A stretch of DNA of 31,539 nt from Candidatus Sumerlaeia bacterium (lineage in GTDB: Bacteria > Sumerlaeota > Sumerlaeia > SLMS01), in NCBI GenBank assembly GCA_038208905.1, contig JBBQYG010000029.1, positions 1 through 31,539 of the forward strand, given 5' to 3'. Both the position numbers and the translations under genes were made by a program. Positions 1-9,516 of this stretch are shown here, in pieces (the stretch's first letter is position 1; each line of letters begins with the position of its first letter). The notes beneath the pieces are model-generated. The model was given only the letters and a program-made list of their open reading frames with translations, searched no databases and was not told the DNA's origin.

Positions 1-118
1 CGGCCTCCAATTCAGCCAGTGGGTGTTGGCTGATAGCCCTTGTCATCACCGCCGCGACTGTGACTCCTTTCCTCCTTCCGCCCCGATAAAACACCCACGC
101 GCCACGGGTACCTGACTG

Positions 119-3100
119 GTGATCTTCAAGTCCGTCTTTGGCAAGAACCTCAAGCAGCCCGAGGCCCGCAGCCAGGCCATCGAAAACGCCATCAAGCAGG
201 CCCGCGCCGCCTACAAGGTACGGCCGATCGAGGAGGCGCGGGAACCGGTCCTCAAGCTTCAGGATCTGTTCGTGGAGCAGGAAATCGACCGCCTGGAATT
301 GCTCTATGCGGCGGATTCCTCGCTGACGGGCGACGAGTTCTGGCTGCGCGAGATCGTGACGATCCTCCTCCGCGCGCCCTCTCTGAAGGAGGACGAAACC
401 AGCTATCTTCTGCGCCTGTGTCTCCTGGAGCCCACGAAGCTGGAACTCTGGCAGCGCGTTTTTCGCGAGCGGCGCAACAGCTCCAACCCGATGGGGCTCG
501 ACCAGGCCCACGAGCAGTGCGCGCTGGCCCTGCTTCCGTTCTTTCCGGGTCAGTACGAATCGCGGTGGCCCGATCACGGGCGCGAGTCGGAGGCGCGCGC
601 CCTCTTCCTGCTGTGCCTCAACCACGCGGTGGATCAGGTGGTGACTCTGGGGCGCGACGACGACCCGGCGGGGGAGCTTCTGGACGCGGCGGTTCGCCTG
701 CTGCCAGAGCGACACGACGCCCTCTCGGCCCTCGCGCACCGCATTGTCCGCCTGGACGACCACCGCCCCCAGAGCCTGGGCATCGTGCTGGAATCGCTCA
801 TGGGGAATCCCGCGGAGCACGACTTAAGGATGTGGGCGGCGGGCGCGCTGCTGGGGATCCCCGGCCACTTCGAGGAGGGGCTCTCCCTCCTGCGGCAACT
901 CCACGAGGCCGGCGACCGCAGCCCCACGCTGCTGCAGGCGTTGATCTCCGCATTGAAGACACTCGACGAAATCTCCGAGGGCGACGTTCCCCTCTTCCGG
1001 GAGTATTTGGCCGCGAATCCCGGAGACATTCGCGCCGCGGACTTGTTGGCTGAGCGCCATGCCCGGCGCGAGGATCTGGGACAGGATGCCATCCGGCTCT
1101 ACCGCCTCGCCGCCGCCAGCAGCCCGCGCCGCACGCTCTATCTCCGCCTTCTGGGTCGTGCGTCAGCCTCGCGCAGCGACTGGTCCCAGGTCATCGAAAC
1201 CTTCAACGAAGTCCGCGCCGCCGGTCAGGAAACCGAAGACATCATCATCCCGCTCGCCACGGCCTACTCCGAGTTCGACCGCTCCGACGCCGACGCGCTC
1301 GCCGTTTACCGCCACGCCATCGAGCTGGGAAGCAGAAAGCCCGAGATCCACGCGCTGCTTTGCCGCGAACTCTACCGCACGGCGCCGCGCGCGCCCGACA
1401 GCATCGCCCAGTTCACCCAAAGCACGTTGGCCTGCCCCGAATGCTCCTGGGCCCAGCTCGGACTTGCGTCCCACTGCCTGGAAACAGGCGACGCGGGGCG
1501 CGCCTTGGACGCCGCGGTGGCGCTGCTGGAGCGCAACCCCCAGGACAAGGAGGCGCGCCGCATCGGCGGCCGGGCGTTGGCCGCGGATTTCTCCCGCCGA
1601 CGGATGGGTCGCCTGGCCAACGTCGCGCCGGAGGCACTGCGAGCGGTCTTCGAGGAGGCCCACGCCCAGGCACCCGACGCGGGACCGGTGGCGCTGGGTC
1701 TCGCGCGGCGCCGCGTCGCCGACGGCGTGCGCGACTCGGAAACGGCGCGGCTCCTCGGCGAGGTCTGCCGCCGCAACCCCGACGCCCACGACCTGCGCAT
1801 CGCGCGGGCCGACATCCTGTGGGAGATCGGCCAGCGGCCCAACGCGGCTGAACTCTATCGCGAGCTGCTGGAGCGATGCCGCGCCGCCGAGAATCACGAG
1901 CTTCCCCGCGGCGTCACGGCGGAGATACGCCATCGCGCCCTTATGCGCTTCGCCGACTGCATCGTGCGCCCGCCGGGTCCCAGCCCTGCCGACATCGAGT
2001 TCCTGATGGAGGCCGCCGCGCAGAGCGACGCCCCCGCCGAAACCGTCCTCGCCGCGGCACGCTCCGTCATCGATCTGGAGGCGGACCATCCCGCGCGCCT
2101 CCCACTCTTCCAGCGCGCGCTGCTCCTCGCGCCGGCGGACCTCAAGATCGAGCGCGCCGTCGCCGAGGCCTTCGCCGTCCAGGGGAATCCCAAGCCGGCC
2201 ATCGCCTTGGCCGTGCGTCTGCTCGGCATGGGACGCGACGACGAGGAGACCGTGAGCCTGCTGCGCAGCATCCGCGATCTCGTCAACCCCGAGCAGCTTA
2301 GCCGAGGCCTCATCGCCCGGCTCCGCGCAAGCGCCAACCCCGAGCGCCATTCGCCGCCGCTCCTCCTCGCGGTGGGCGAGCTGATCGCGATGGCGGGCCT
2401 CCTCGAGCCGGAGGACCTGCCGATCCTCCAGCGCCTGCACGAAAGCTTCCCCCGCAATGTGCGAGTGCTCCGCCGGCTCGCGGAATGCCTCACGCTCGCC
2501 GGCCATCACGAGGCCGCCGCCGAGTTCTATGTCGAACTCATCGAAGACAATCGCGACGACGACGAGTTGATCCTCCAGATGGCCAAGACCAGCGCCCGCC
2601 TGGGCCGCCGATCCAGGAGCGACCTGCGCGTCGCCCAGCGCGCCGTGCATCTCGAGCCCGACAATCCCGAGCTGATCCTCCACCTTGCCGCCATCGAACT
2701 CGATACCGGCCAGTTCCCCGATGCGATCCGCCGCCTCGACACGATTCTTCGCCAGGACCCAGACCTGCACCCGCGCATCATGAATCTGCTCGAGCGCTAC
2801 AAGCGCCTGAGCACCGAGCAGGGCGAGCTTGGACTCCTCTTCGCGCGGCTCCACATCCGCGCGGGGCGCGCGGACCAGGCGATGGCAGTCCTCGGCCGGC
2901 TCCAGCAGAACTACCAGAAGTACCTTGGCGAATTGCTCTCCTGCTATACGGAGATCATCGCCATCGGCCTTACCACGCCGCGCCCCTATGTGGAGCGGGC
3001 GGTGCTCTATCGCCTGAGCGGCTGCGTGGACGAGGCGGTGGAGGACATGGCCGCGGCGCATCGACTCGCGCCCGATAATATGGACATCCTGGGGGAGTAC

Positions 3101-4345
3101 GCCGACACCCTGCGCCAGAAACTCCATACACAGGACCACGTCGATGCCTCCACCGCGGTGCGCTGCGGGGAACTCTTCATGGAGGCCGGCGACGACGAGG
3201 GTGCCTTCGAGATGGCCGATCTGGCGCTGGGTGCGAACCCCCACGACCAAGCCGCGCTCCATCTCCTCGCCCGCCTGCAGCTCAACGCGGGTTCGCTCCA
3301 CAACTGCTGGGACACGCTCAAGAAGCTCCCCGCGCGGGAAAGCGCGATGGGGATGCTCCAGGAACTCGCGCGCGCCTTCGCCGAACAGGAGGAACATGGA
3401 CTTGCCGTGGACGTCACCACCGAGGCGATCCAGATCGCGGGGCCCCAGACCGACCTCCTCCAGCAACTCCGCACGCTCTATCAGGAGCAGGCCCGTAGCT
3501 CGGAGGGCGCCCACCAGCGTCAGCGCATCCTCGGTGCCCTCTCCGAGCGGGCACAGGACCGATACGAGCTGCGCGAGCAGCTCGGCAGTGGCTCCATGGG
3601 CATCGTGTACAAGGCCTATGACCGCGAGCTGGACGAGATCGTGGTGCTCAAGATCATGCCGGAGCACTTCGCGCGCGACTCAGAGGCGCTGGCCCGCTTC
3701 CGCAACGAGGCCAAGGCCGCCCGCAAGCTTGCCCACCCCAATATCTGCCGCATCCACGACATCGGCGAGGAGTCGGGCCGCAAGCACATCAGCATGGAAT
3801 ACGTCGCCGGCGGCGACCTTCGCCAGTACCTGCGGGACCGCGGCGGCAAATTGCCCCAGAAAGAGGCCATTGCCATCGCCCGGGAGGTCGCCCTCGCCCT
3901 CGCCCACGCCCACGAGGAGGGCGTCCTGCATCGCGACATCAAGGCCGCCAACATCATGCTGACGGGATCGGGCCGCGTGAAGCTGAGCGACTTCGGAATC
4001 GCCTCGCTGCTGCAAGCCGCCAACCGATCCGTCGGCGCATCCGACGCCAGCACCAGCGTCATCGGCACGCCACTCTACATGAGCCCGGAGCAGTTCGACG
4101 GCGAATACCTAACAAAGGCGTCCGACCTTTATTCCTTCGGGGTGCTGCTGTACGAGATGCTTTCGGGATCGCCGCCTTTCACGCGGGGCTCGATCGCCTA
4201 TCACCACCGCTTCACGCCCCCCCCGCCGATTCCCAATGTGCCCGCATCGCTGTGGGCGGTCATTGAGAAGCTCCTCTCCAAGAAGGCCGCCCAGCGCTAC
4301 CAGTCCGCGGAGGAAGTGATCGCGGCCCTGGACGAGTTCCGATAG
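119..4345 (+). CDS. Large TPR/alpha-helical repeat protein with C-terminal Hanks-type Ser/Thr protein kinase (1408 aa)
   Basis: GTG start. From about residue 1148 (nt ~3560) the full set of kinase motifs: LGSGSMGIVYKA, VVLKIM, HPNICRIHD, HRDIKAANIML, VKLSDFGIA, GTPLYMSPEQ, SDLYSFGVLLYEMLSG. The first ~1140 aa are Ala/Leu/Arg/Glu-rich with TPR-like turns (LERNPQDKEA, RRNPDAHDL, HLEPDNPEL, RLAPDNMDI). No TM segment seen. Confidence 0.92.
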   Translation: MIFKSVFGKNLKQPEARSQAIENAIKQARAAYKVRPIEEAREPVLKLQDLFVEQEIDRLELLYAADSSLTGDEFWLREIVTILLRAPSLKEDETSYLLRLCLLEPTKLELWQRVFRERRNSSNPMGLDQAHEQCALALLPFFPGQYESRWPDHGRESEARALFLLCLNHAVDQVVTLGRDDDPAGELLDAAVRLLPERHDALSALAHRIVRLDDHRPQSLGIVLESLMGNPAEHDLRMWAAGALLGIPGHFEEGLSLLRQLHEAGDRSPTLLQALISALKTLDEISEGDVPLFREYLAANPGDIRAADLLAERHARREDLGQDAIRLYRLAAASSPRRTLYLRLLGRASASRSDWSQVIETFNEVRAAGQETEDIIIPLATAYSEFDRSDADALAVYRHAIELGSRKPEIHALLCRELYRTAPRAPDSIAQFTQSTLACPECSWAQLGLASHCLETGDAGRALDAAVALLERNPQDKEARRIGGRALAADFSRRRMGRLANVAPEALRAVFEEAHAQAPDAGPVALGLARRRVADGVRDSETARLLGEVCRRNPDAHDLRIARADILWEIGQRPNAAELYRELLERCRAAENHELPRGVTAEIRHRALMRFADCIVRPPGPSPADIEFLMEAAAQSDAPAETVLAAARSVIDLEADHPARLPLFQRALLLAPADLKIERAVAEAFAVQGNPKPAIALAVRLLGMGRDDEETVSLLRSIRDLVNPEQLSRGLIARLRASANPERHSPPLLLAVGELIAMAGLLEPEDLPILQRLHESFPRNVRVLRRLAECLTLAGHHEAAAEFYVELIEDNRDDDELILQMAKTSARLGRRSRSDLRVAQRAVHLEPDNPELILHLAAIELDTGQFPDAIRRLDTILRQDPDLHPRIMNLLERYKRLSTEQGELGLLFARLHIRAGRADQAMAVLGRLQQNYQKYLGELLSCYTEIIAIGLTTPRPYVERAVLYRLSGCVDEAVEDMAAAHRLAPDNMDILGEYADTLRQKLHTQDHVDASTAVRCGELFMEAGDDEGAFEMADLALGANPHDQAALHLLARLQLNAGSLHNCWDTLKKLPARESAMGMLQELARAFAEQEEHGLAVDVTTEAIQIAGPQTDLLQQLRTLYQEQARSSEGAHQRQRILGALSERAQDRYELREQLGSGSMGIVYKAYDRELDEIVVLKIMPEHFARDSEALARFRNEAKAARKLAHPNICRIHDIGEESGRKHISMEYVAGGDLRQYLRDRGGKLPQKEAIAIAREVALALAHAHEEGVLHRDIKAANIMLTGSGRVKLSDFGIASLLQAANRSVGASDASTSVIGTPLYMSPEQFDGEYLTKASDLYSFGVLLYEMLSGSPPFTRGSIAYHHRFTPPPPIPNVPASLWAVIEKLLSKKAAQRYQSAEEVIAALDEFR

Positions 4346-4372
4346 GTCCTTCGATCGGCGTGTATAGACAAT

Positions 4373-4398
4373 GCGGGCCGGGATCAGTCCCGGCCCGC
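4373..4398. terminator. Probable bidirectional terminator hairpin between convergent kinase and amtB genes
   Basis: Perfect 11-bp inverted repeat GCGGGCCGGGA-tcag-TCCCGGCCCGC between the two stop codons. U-tracts are weak. Confidence 0.65.
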
Positions 4399-4429
4399 CT
4401 TGCAGCAATCAGGTCCGCGCGCTTCAGCC

Positions 4430-5881
4430 TCAGCGAGGCTCGCTGCCCTGAACAGAGAGCGCCGGCGCGCCCGAGTGGCTTGCCGCGGGATGCGCAGGCA
4501 CCATCGAGTCGAAGCCCCCGCCGTCCCAGCTCGCCCGCGGATAGGCCTCGTTCCCATGCTCGGCCACATCGAGTCCCGCGAGTTCTTCCTCTTCGGAGAC
4601 GCGGAGCTGGCCAATGGCCTTCAGCATAAGGAACAGGACCAGGCAGGTTGGGAACACCCAAATGAACGCCGCGCCAACGCCGATGAGCTGCGTGACGAGG
4701 CTGGCGTTTGCGCTGGAGAATCCCGGCAGCGCCAACGCCAACGTCCCCCACACGCCGCAGACGCCGTGGACGCTGACGGCGCCCACCGGATCGTCGATCT
4801 TCAGGACGCGCTCGATAAAGAGCACCGAGCAAACCACTAGCAGGCCCGCCACCAGCCCCACCACGATCGACATCGCCGGGTACATCACGTCGCAGCCGGC
4901 GGTGATTCCCACCAAGCCCGCCAGAATCCCGTTCAGCGTCAGGCCAGTCTCGGGCTTCGTGAAGAAAATCCATGTGGCGATCATGGCGCCAAACGCGCCC
5001 GCCGCGCCCGAAAGCAGCGTGTTCACGCAAATGATGCCGATCACCGGATTCGCGCCGTCAGTCGAGGAGCCCGCGTTGAATCCAAACCAGCCGAAGAACA
5101 GGATAAAGGTGCCCAGAGCGGCCAAGGGCATCGAGTGCCCGGGAATCGCGTGGGCGCGGCCGTCGCGGCCAAACTTGCCGATGCGTGGTCCCAGCACGAT
5201 GGCGCCGGCCAACGCGGCCCATCCGCCCACCGAGTGAACCACCGTGGAACCGGCGTAGTCCAGGAAGCCCATCTTGCCAAGCCATCCCCCCGCCGCGTCG
5301 GCCCCGAGCAGCAGGTTGCCCCACGCCCATTTGCCAAACACCGGATAGATCACAAGGCAGATGAACGCGGCGTAGATGATGTAGCCGGTGAACTTGGTCC
5401 GCTCTGCCATCGCACCGGAAACGATCGTGGCGGCGGTGGCGGCGAAGACGACCTGGAAAACGAAGAATATATACAACCAGGCGGAGTGGATGCCCTCGGG
5501 CGCGCCGCCCAAGCCAAAGAGCGTCGTGCCGAAAATGCCGTTGGATGAGGCGCCGAACATCAAGCCGAAGCCGACGAGGAAGAACGTCAAGGCGCCGATG
5601 CAGAAATCCATCGTGTTCTTCATGATGATATTGCACACGTTTTTCGCGCGGACAAAGCCCGACTCCACCAGGAGGAATCCCGCCTGCATGAAGAACACCA
5701 GAAATGCCGCTATCAACGTCCACATCATTGCCGCGGACGAGGGCACCGCAGGTTCCTCGACCGCCGCCACTACCGCCGCGGTTGCATCCGCAGCCGCATC
5801 CTGGCCCATCGCCGCCACCGTCAGCATGGCGGAAAAGCCCACCAATCCCCAGCAAAGCGTTTTCCGGAATCTCGTCGTCAT
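4430..5881 (-). CDS. amtB: Ammonium transporter (Amt family), 483 aa, with likely cleavable signal peptide
   Basis: Motifs FFMQAGF, FQVVFAATAATIVSGAMAER, DYAGSTVVH, GWFGFNAGS, DDPVGAVSVHG (twin His intact) and C-terminal EELAGLDVAEHG. Start moved from 6244 to the ATG at 5881 (MTTRFRK), which follows an AGGAGA RBS. Confidence 0.95.
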   Translation of the reverse strand: MTTRFRKTLCWGLVGFSAMLTVAAMGQDAAADATAAVVAAVEEPAVPSSAAMMWTLIAAFLVFFMQAGFLLVESGFVRAKNVCNIIMKNTMDFCIGALTFFLVGFGLMFGASSNGIFGTTLFGLGGAPEGIHSAWLYIFFVFQVVFAATAATIVSGAMAERTKFTGYIIYAAFICLVIYPVFGKWAWGNLLLGADAAGGWLGKMGFLDYAGSTVVHSVGGWAALAGAIVLGPRIGKFGRDGRAHAIPGHSMPLAALGTFILFFGWFGFNAGSSTDGANPVIGIICVNTLLSGAAGAFGAMIATWIFFTKPETGLTLNGILAGLVGITAGCDVMYPAMSIVVGLVAGLLVVCSVLFIERVLKIDDPVGAVSVHGVCGVWGTLALALPGFSSANASLVTQLIGVGAAFIWVFPTCLVLFLMLKAIGQLRVSEEEELAGLDVAEHGNEAYPRASWDGGGFDSMVPAHPAASHSGAPALSVQGSEPR

Positions 5882-6270
5882 GTCCTGTGGTCTCCTGCCG
5901 CGTGATCGGTTGGATTGTGCGCCGATATAAGGGCAATACGTGACGCCTCCGTGGCTGAATCGCAAACCGATTCTCCCGGAAGGCGGAACTCCGGCCCGGC
6001 GCCTTCCGACTTGGACCGTTGAACCCATTGGGTTTGGAAAGGCCGTCTTCCCCTCACCGTGCAGGGATTCCTGACCCTGTAGTGTACATCGTGGACAAAT
6101 AAGGCCATCCTGAAATCCGACACAAAGCGCCGATTCCAAACGATTTGGCACCAATGGCCGCCATTTACATCCCGCAATATGGCCTAAAATGCCCAGCGCT
6201 CCGCAAGGCGATCTACCAAGGCGAAAGGGCTTTAGCAGAATCAACGGATACCGGGACTGATCGGAGCCTC

Positions 6271-7455
6271 CTACAGAGGCTTCAGGTAGGGGAGAAGCGC
6301 CTTGCGGTTAAAGTCCTCACGCATGGCCCACATGTAGGCATCCAAATAGAAATGAACAAATCCCGAGCCAATCACCATCCCCGTGGCGATCGCGATCAGC
6401 GACTGATGCCCGGTGGAGGCGCTGAAGTAGAAGAAGCCCACCAACCCTCCCGTAAACAGCAGGGAAAAGGCAAACAGGGCCCAGATTCCATTGAAGGGAA
6501 GGCGACCAAAAATTAGCTCTGCACGACCCGCTGGCGCCTCACCCCCCCCGTGTGCAGAGGGCATCATCGCGGGATACTTGTGAAAGTGCACCAGCATCAC
6601 GATGGCGATGTACTGGGTGTAGTGGGCCACCAAGCCAAACTGAGCGTGGGAGAACATCAGGAAATTGGGCTCCGGACTAAACACCGTGAAGAAAAGCGGG
6701 AGGGGGAACGTTAGCGATGTAAAGACCATCGCCGCATGGGGCCAACTCGCAAACTTGCTGGCCCACAACGACCTCGCCCGTGCCACAACCATGTGCACCA
6801 TTGCCCAAACCCAATATGCCACCAGTGGAATCAGGAGCCAGTGCCAAAATCCCAACTCCCTGACTGGGGAGAGGAACATCGGATAGTCCGAAAACACCCA
6901 CCCCATGCTGTAGAGCAGCAGCGCATTAGCATAGATCGCGTGGTTGTCGATATCGCGCTCCCGGTGGTCAAATAGTCCGAACTTGTGCCGATAGAACCCG
7001 GCAAAACCAATGTTTTGACGTGTCACATGATAGGAGACCCAGATAAATGCGATCGCCAGCGTAAAATCGAAGCGGGGCACCGCCGGATTCATGTAGGCAA
7101 AGTACTCCGTGATGCTGATGCCCATGCCACCCAGAAAGACCACTGCGGGACCGATGAAGTATATCTTATAATGGCGCCGATAGTGGGCCAGATTCTGACG
7201 GTCGAAGTAGAAAAAGAACGTTCCGCAGGTATGAAAAACGGCAAAGCACAGCAAAAAGGCATTCAGCGCCGAATGCACCATCCCATTTCCCCCGAAGACG
7301 AGAAAGGCGCCGACATACAGGATGGAAAAAATGGTTGGAAAAACAAAGAACATCGCGTCGAATGCGGCGCCCCCAATCCACTTCACCGGTGCAGGGCGCT
7401 CGGCCCCCTGAAACGGCGATTGCGCTGTGATGCTGGATAGTGGAGCGGCGCTCAT
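6271..7455 (-). CDS. Uncharacterised polytopic membrane protein with His motifs (possible Brp/Blh-like metal-binding membrane enzyme)
   Basis: Many hydrophobic segments. His motifs AVFHTCGTF, SYHVTRQNIG, VAHYTQY and VHFYLDAYMW. Function is inferred only. Confidence 0.7.
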   Translation of the reverse strand: MSAAPLSSITAQSPFQGAERPAPVKWIGGAAFDAMFFVFPTIFSILYVGAFLVFGGNGMVHSALNAFLLCFAVFHTCGTFFFYFDRQNLAHYRRHYKIYFIGPAVVFLGGMGISITEYFAYMNPAVPRFDFTLAIAFIWVSYHVTRQNIGFAGFYRHKFGLFDHRERDIDNHAIYANALLLYSMGWVFSDYPMFLSPVRELGFWHWLLIPLVAYWVWAMVHMVVARARSLWASKFASWPHAAMVFTSLTFPLPLFFTVFSPEPNFLMFSHAQFGLVAHYTQYIAIVMLVHFHKYPAMMPSAHGGGEAPAGRAELIFGRLPFNGIWALFAFSLLFTGGLVGFFYFSASTGHQSLIAIATGMVIGSGFVHFYLDAYMWAMREDFNRKALLPYLKPL

Positions 7456-7834
7456 TGGTGCTCAAGTAGTGGGGAAAGGAGGGCGCCCGGAGTGTCCGGA
7501 GGCGCGCTTTAATGAGAGCGACCAACCCCGCTTTCTGTCAACCGCAAAGCCCTCGCCACAAGTGGGTACATCATCACCTTCATCCCCTCCCACCACCCCC
7601 CTCCCAAGAGCCCCACGCCCTCGGCCCCCAATTCGGAACCAATCCACGGTGACACCACCGGTGTTCACTGGGACGCCCATTGGTTCTGCCGCGCTGACGG
7701 TGATTGCAAGGAGCGTCTCATCGTCCGCATAGCCGGATGGCTTCCCCCGGTACGGATTTGACGAGTACTGGCAGAAACCGAAGCCCCCCGGGCACGCAGG
7801 GGGACTTCGAGGGGAATCCGATGTGCTTGCGATC

Positions 7835-8539
7835 CTACTCCACAGTATCCGAAACCGATCCCGACACCGTGGCGCCCTCTGGTGGAGGAACAACCTTGAA
7901 GCCCGCCTTGCCGCTGACAAGCACCCGCTCGAAGAAGGACAGCCCCGCTTGATAGTATCGCCTACCCCCCGCCATCACCGTCGCGAAATCCGGGGGCAGG
8001 CTAAGCACCAGGGCGCCGACCGGTGCCGGCACCTCGGCCATGCTCGCGCCGTTCTCAATATAGAACCGGCCATCGGCGTAGTAGAAGAACTCGTCGCCCA
8101 CGGCGATCAGCTTCATCCCTTCCCGCTGGGGGGGCACATCCACCACCGCCGCCGCCGACTGCGAGGCAAAGAGGCTTTCGGACATCTTCTCAGGCGTCAT
8201 GCTGTTGGGTTGCTGGTTGGCCGTCTGGACGTTGTTGGTTGTTGGCGTCTTGGGAACATAGGGAACGCGGGCGTCGCGCGCGCGCTGGGCGCTCTCCTCC
8301 CGGGCCTTCAGCTTCCGCTCTTGAACTTCGCGGCGTTCGGCCTCTTTCTTCAGGCGGCGCTGGTCCCGCTGGAGGTCGTTCTCGCTGACATAGGGGATCG
8401 ATCCCCGGTCCACGATGCTGCCATAGCTCCGGCTTGGTCCGTCGTAGAACGTAGTCTGTGCCGATATGGAGCCACCAGCCAGCGACAGGGACACCGCCGC
8501 CGCCAACCCCATCGCGCGAGATGCCTGCTGGGGTTTCAT
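7835..8539 (-). CDS. Exported DUF6515-like protein (234 aa)
   Basis: Signal peptide, then a charged coiled segment, then repeated FYYADGRFY...VPAPVGALVLSLP and YYQAGLSFF...VVPPPEGATV motifs. The ATG overlaps the upstream stop (TGATG). Confidence 0.7.
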   Translation of the reverse strand: MKPQQASRAMGLAAAVSLSLAGGSISAQTTFYDGPSRSYGSIVDRGSIPYVSENDLQRDQRRLKKEAERREVQERKLKAREESAQRARDARVPYVPKTPTTNNVQTANQQPNSMTPEKMSESLFASQSAAAVVDVPPQREGMKLIAVGDEFFYYADGRFYIENGASMAEVPAPVGALVLSLPPDFATVMAGGRRYYQAGLSFFERVLVSGKAGFKVVPPPEGATVSGSVSDTVE

Positions 8540-9357
8540 CACTTGGTCTCCTTCCCCGCCTTGGAACGGGAAGCGAAGGGGATCTCCTCCGCATCCTTCG
8601 GTGGATTCAAGGTGAATGCCCCCGGCGCGATGGATCCGGGCGTTTCCACCTGCTGGATCAACATCGTGTAGCGCGGCTCGCCATAAAGATTCTTGTAGTG
8701 AATCTGCACCTTGCGCGGCGTTGGTACCTCGCCCTCGCGGATCCAGACCTGCCAGTCCATCTCCGCAGTGGTGAAGGCAATGTGGTGGCAGGGTTCGTCG
8801 AGCACCCGGTGAATGCCCAGGTACTTGCCGCTTTCCACCCGGGTGAGAAGGCCGGACCCAAGCCCCTCGCGCGCGAGATCCGCCGCCGGGCGGGTGACTC
8901 CATAGCGCTTGGACATGTCGTCGAGCATCGCGTTGATGGAGGGTGCTGTTTCCGTCTTGGCATAGAGGTTCTCGAGCGGCAGCGAAATCGTGATGGTCTT
9001 GCCGTCATAGACGACCGTTTCGCGCTCAAGGTCCCCCACCACGTCCATCCGCAACTTGTCGGGCCGCTGCACCGTCACGGTGCGCTTGTGGGAGAAGGTT
9101 TGCATGCTGCCATCCTCCTCTTCCCGGTCCACCGTGTCCTGGATCAAGAACCGCAGACGCGGCTGGGAATCGAGGTAGGAGCTCATCCAGCCAACCACTT
9201 CCCGGGCCTTGGGCTCCACCGCGCCCGGGCTCGCGGCCGCGACGGCCGTCGGGGCCGGTGCCGCGGGGGCATCCTGCGCCGTCAAAGGCCGCCCGCCGAG
9301 CATCGCGCACGCAGCAAGGGCCGGGATGGAAAGTGCCTTCCAGTCTATCTTCCTCAT
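8539..9357 (-). CDS. DUF2092 family periplasmic protein (LolA-like fold), 272 aa
   Basis: Signal peptide MRKIDWKAL...LTA after a GGAGA RBS. Motifs VQRPDKLRMD, VYDGKTIT, CHHIAF...MDWQVWI and FTLNPPKDA. Confidence 0.8.
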   Translation of the reverse strand: MRKIDWKALSIPALAACAMLGGRPLTAQDAPAAPAPTAVAAASPGAVEPKAREVVGWMSSYLDSQPRLRFLIQDTVDREEEDGSMQTFSHKRTVTVQRPDKLRMDVVGDLERETVVYDGKTITISLPLENLYAKTETAPSINAMLDDMSKRYGVTRPAADLAREGLGSGLLTRVESGKYLGIHRVLDEPCHHIAFTTAEMDWQVWIREGEVPTPRKVQIHYKNLYGEPRYTMLIQQVETPGSIAPGAFTLNPPKDAEEIPFASRSKAGKETK

Positions 9358-9516
9358 GTTGTCTCCAGTTTCGTGGACGAATAGTCGATCTCGCAGCACC
9401 TGATCACTCCCCGCTCCGGCTACCAGCTTCGGCGGAAGAGGGGGACGATTCGCCCCCCACTCGAAATCATTTGTCGGCCAGAAGTGCCTGCGCGGCAACA
9501 GGAGATGCCCTTACTC

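Noticed and set aside
1163-3667. Long antisense and alternate-frame ORFs (834 aa here; also 10464-12053, 15154-16836, 20796-23018, 30726-31535)
   Set aside because: They overlap well-supported genes and carry no recognisable motifs. Such shadow ORFs are expected in high-GC coding DNA.
5914-6160. Sigma54 or NtrC sites upstream of amtB
   Set aside because: Candidate GG/GC pairs are spaced by 11 nt instead of 10, and the TGCGC-N8-GGGCA dyad is one base longer than the NtrC consensus.
5882-6244. 121-aa N-terminal extension of AmtB in the ORF track
   Set aside because: Not Amt-like. The ATG at 5881 has an RBS and begins a signal peptide.
6542-6549. C8 homopolymer (another at about 4217-4224) as a phase-variation tract
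   Set aside because: Both are short, in frame, encode Gly or Pro runs, and are unremarkable at this GC content.
7462-7920. 152-aa ORF in the gap between the DUF6515-like gene and the membrane protein
   Set aside because: It overlaps the neighbouring gene, has low-complexity Gly/Arg composition and no motif. The gap more likely holds a promoter (TTGACA on the minus strand at 7536-7541, but no good -10).
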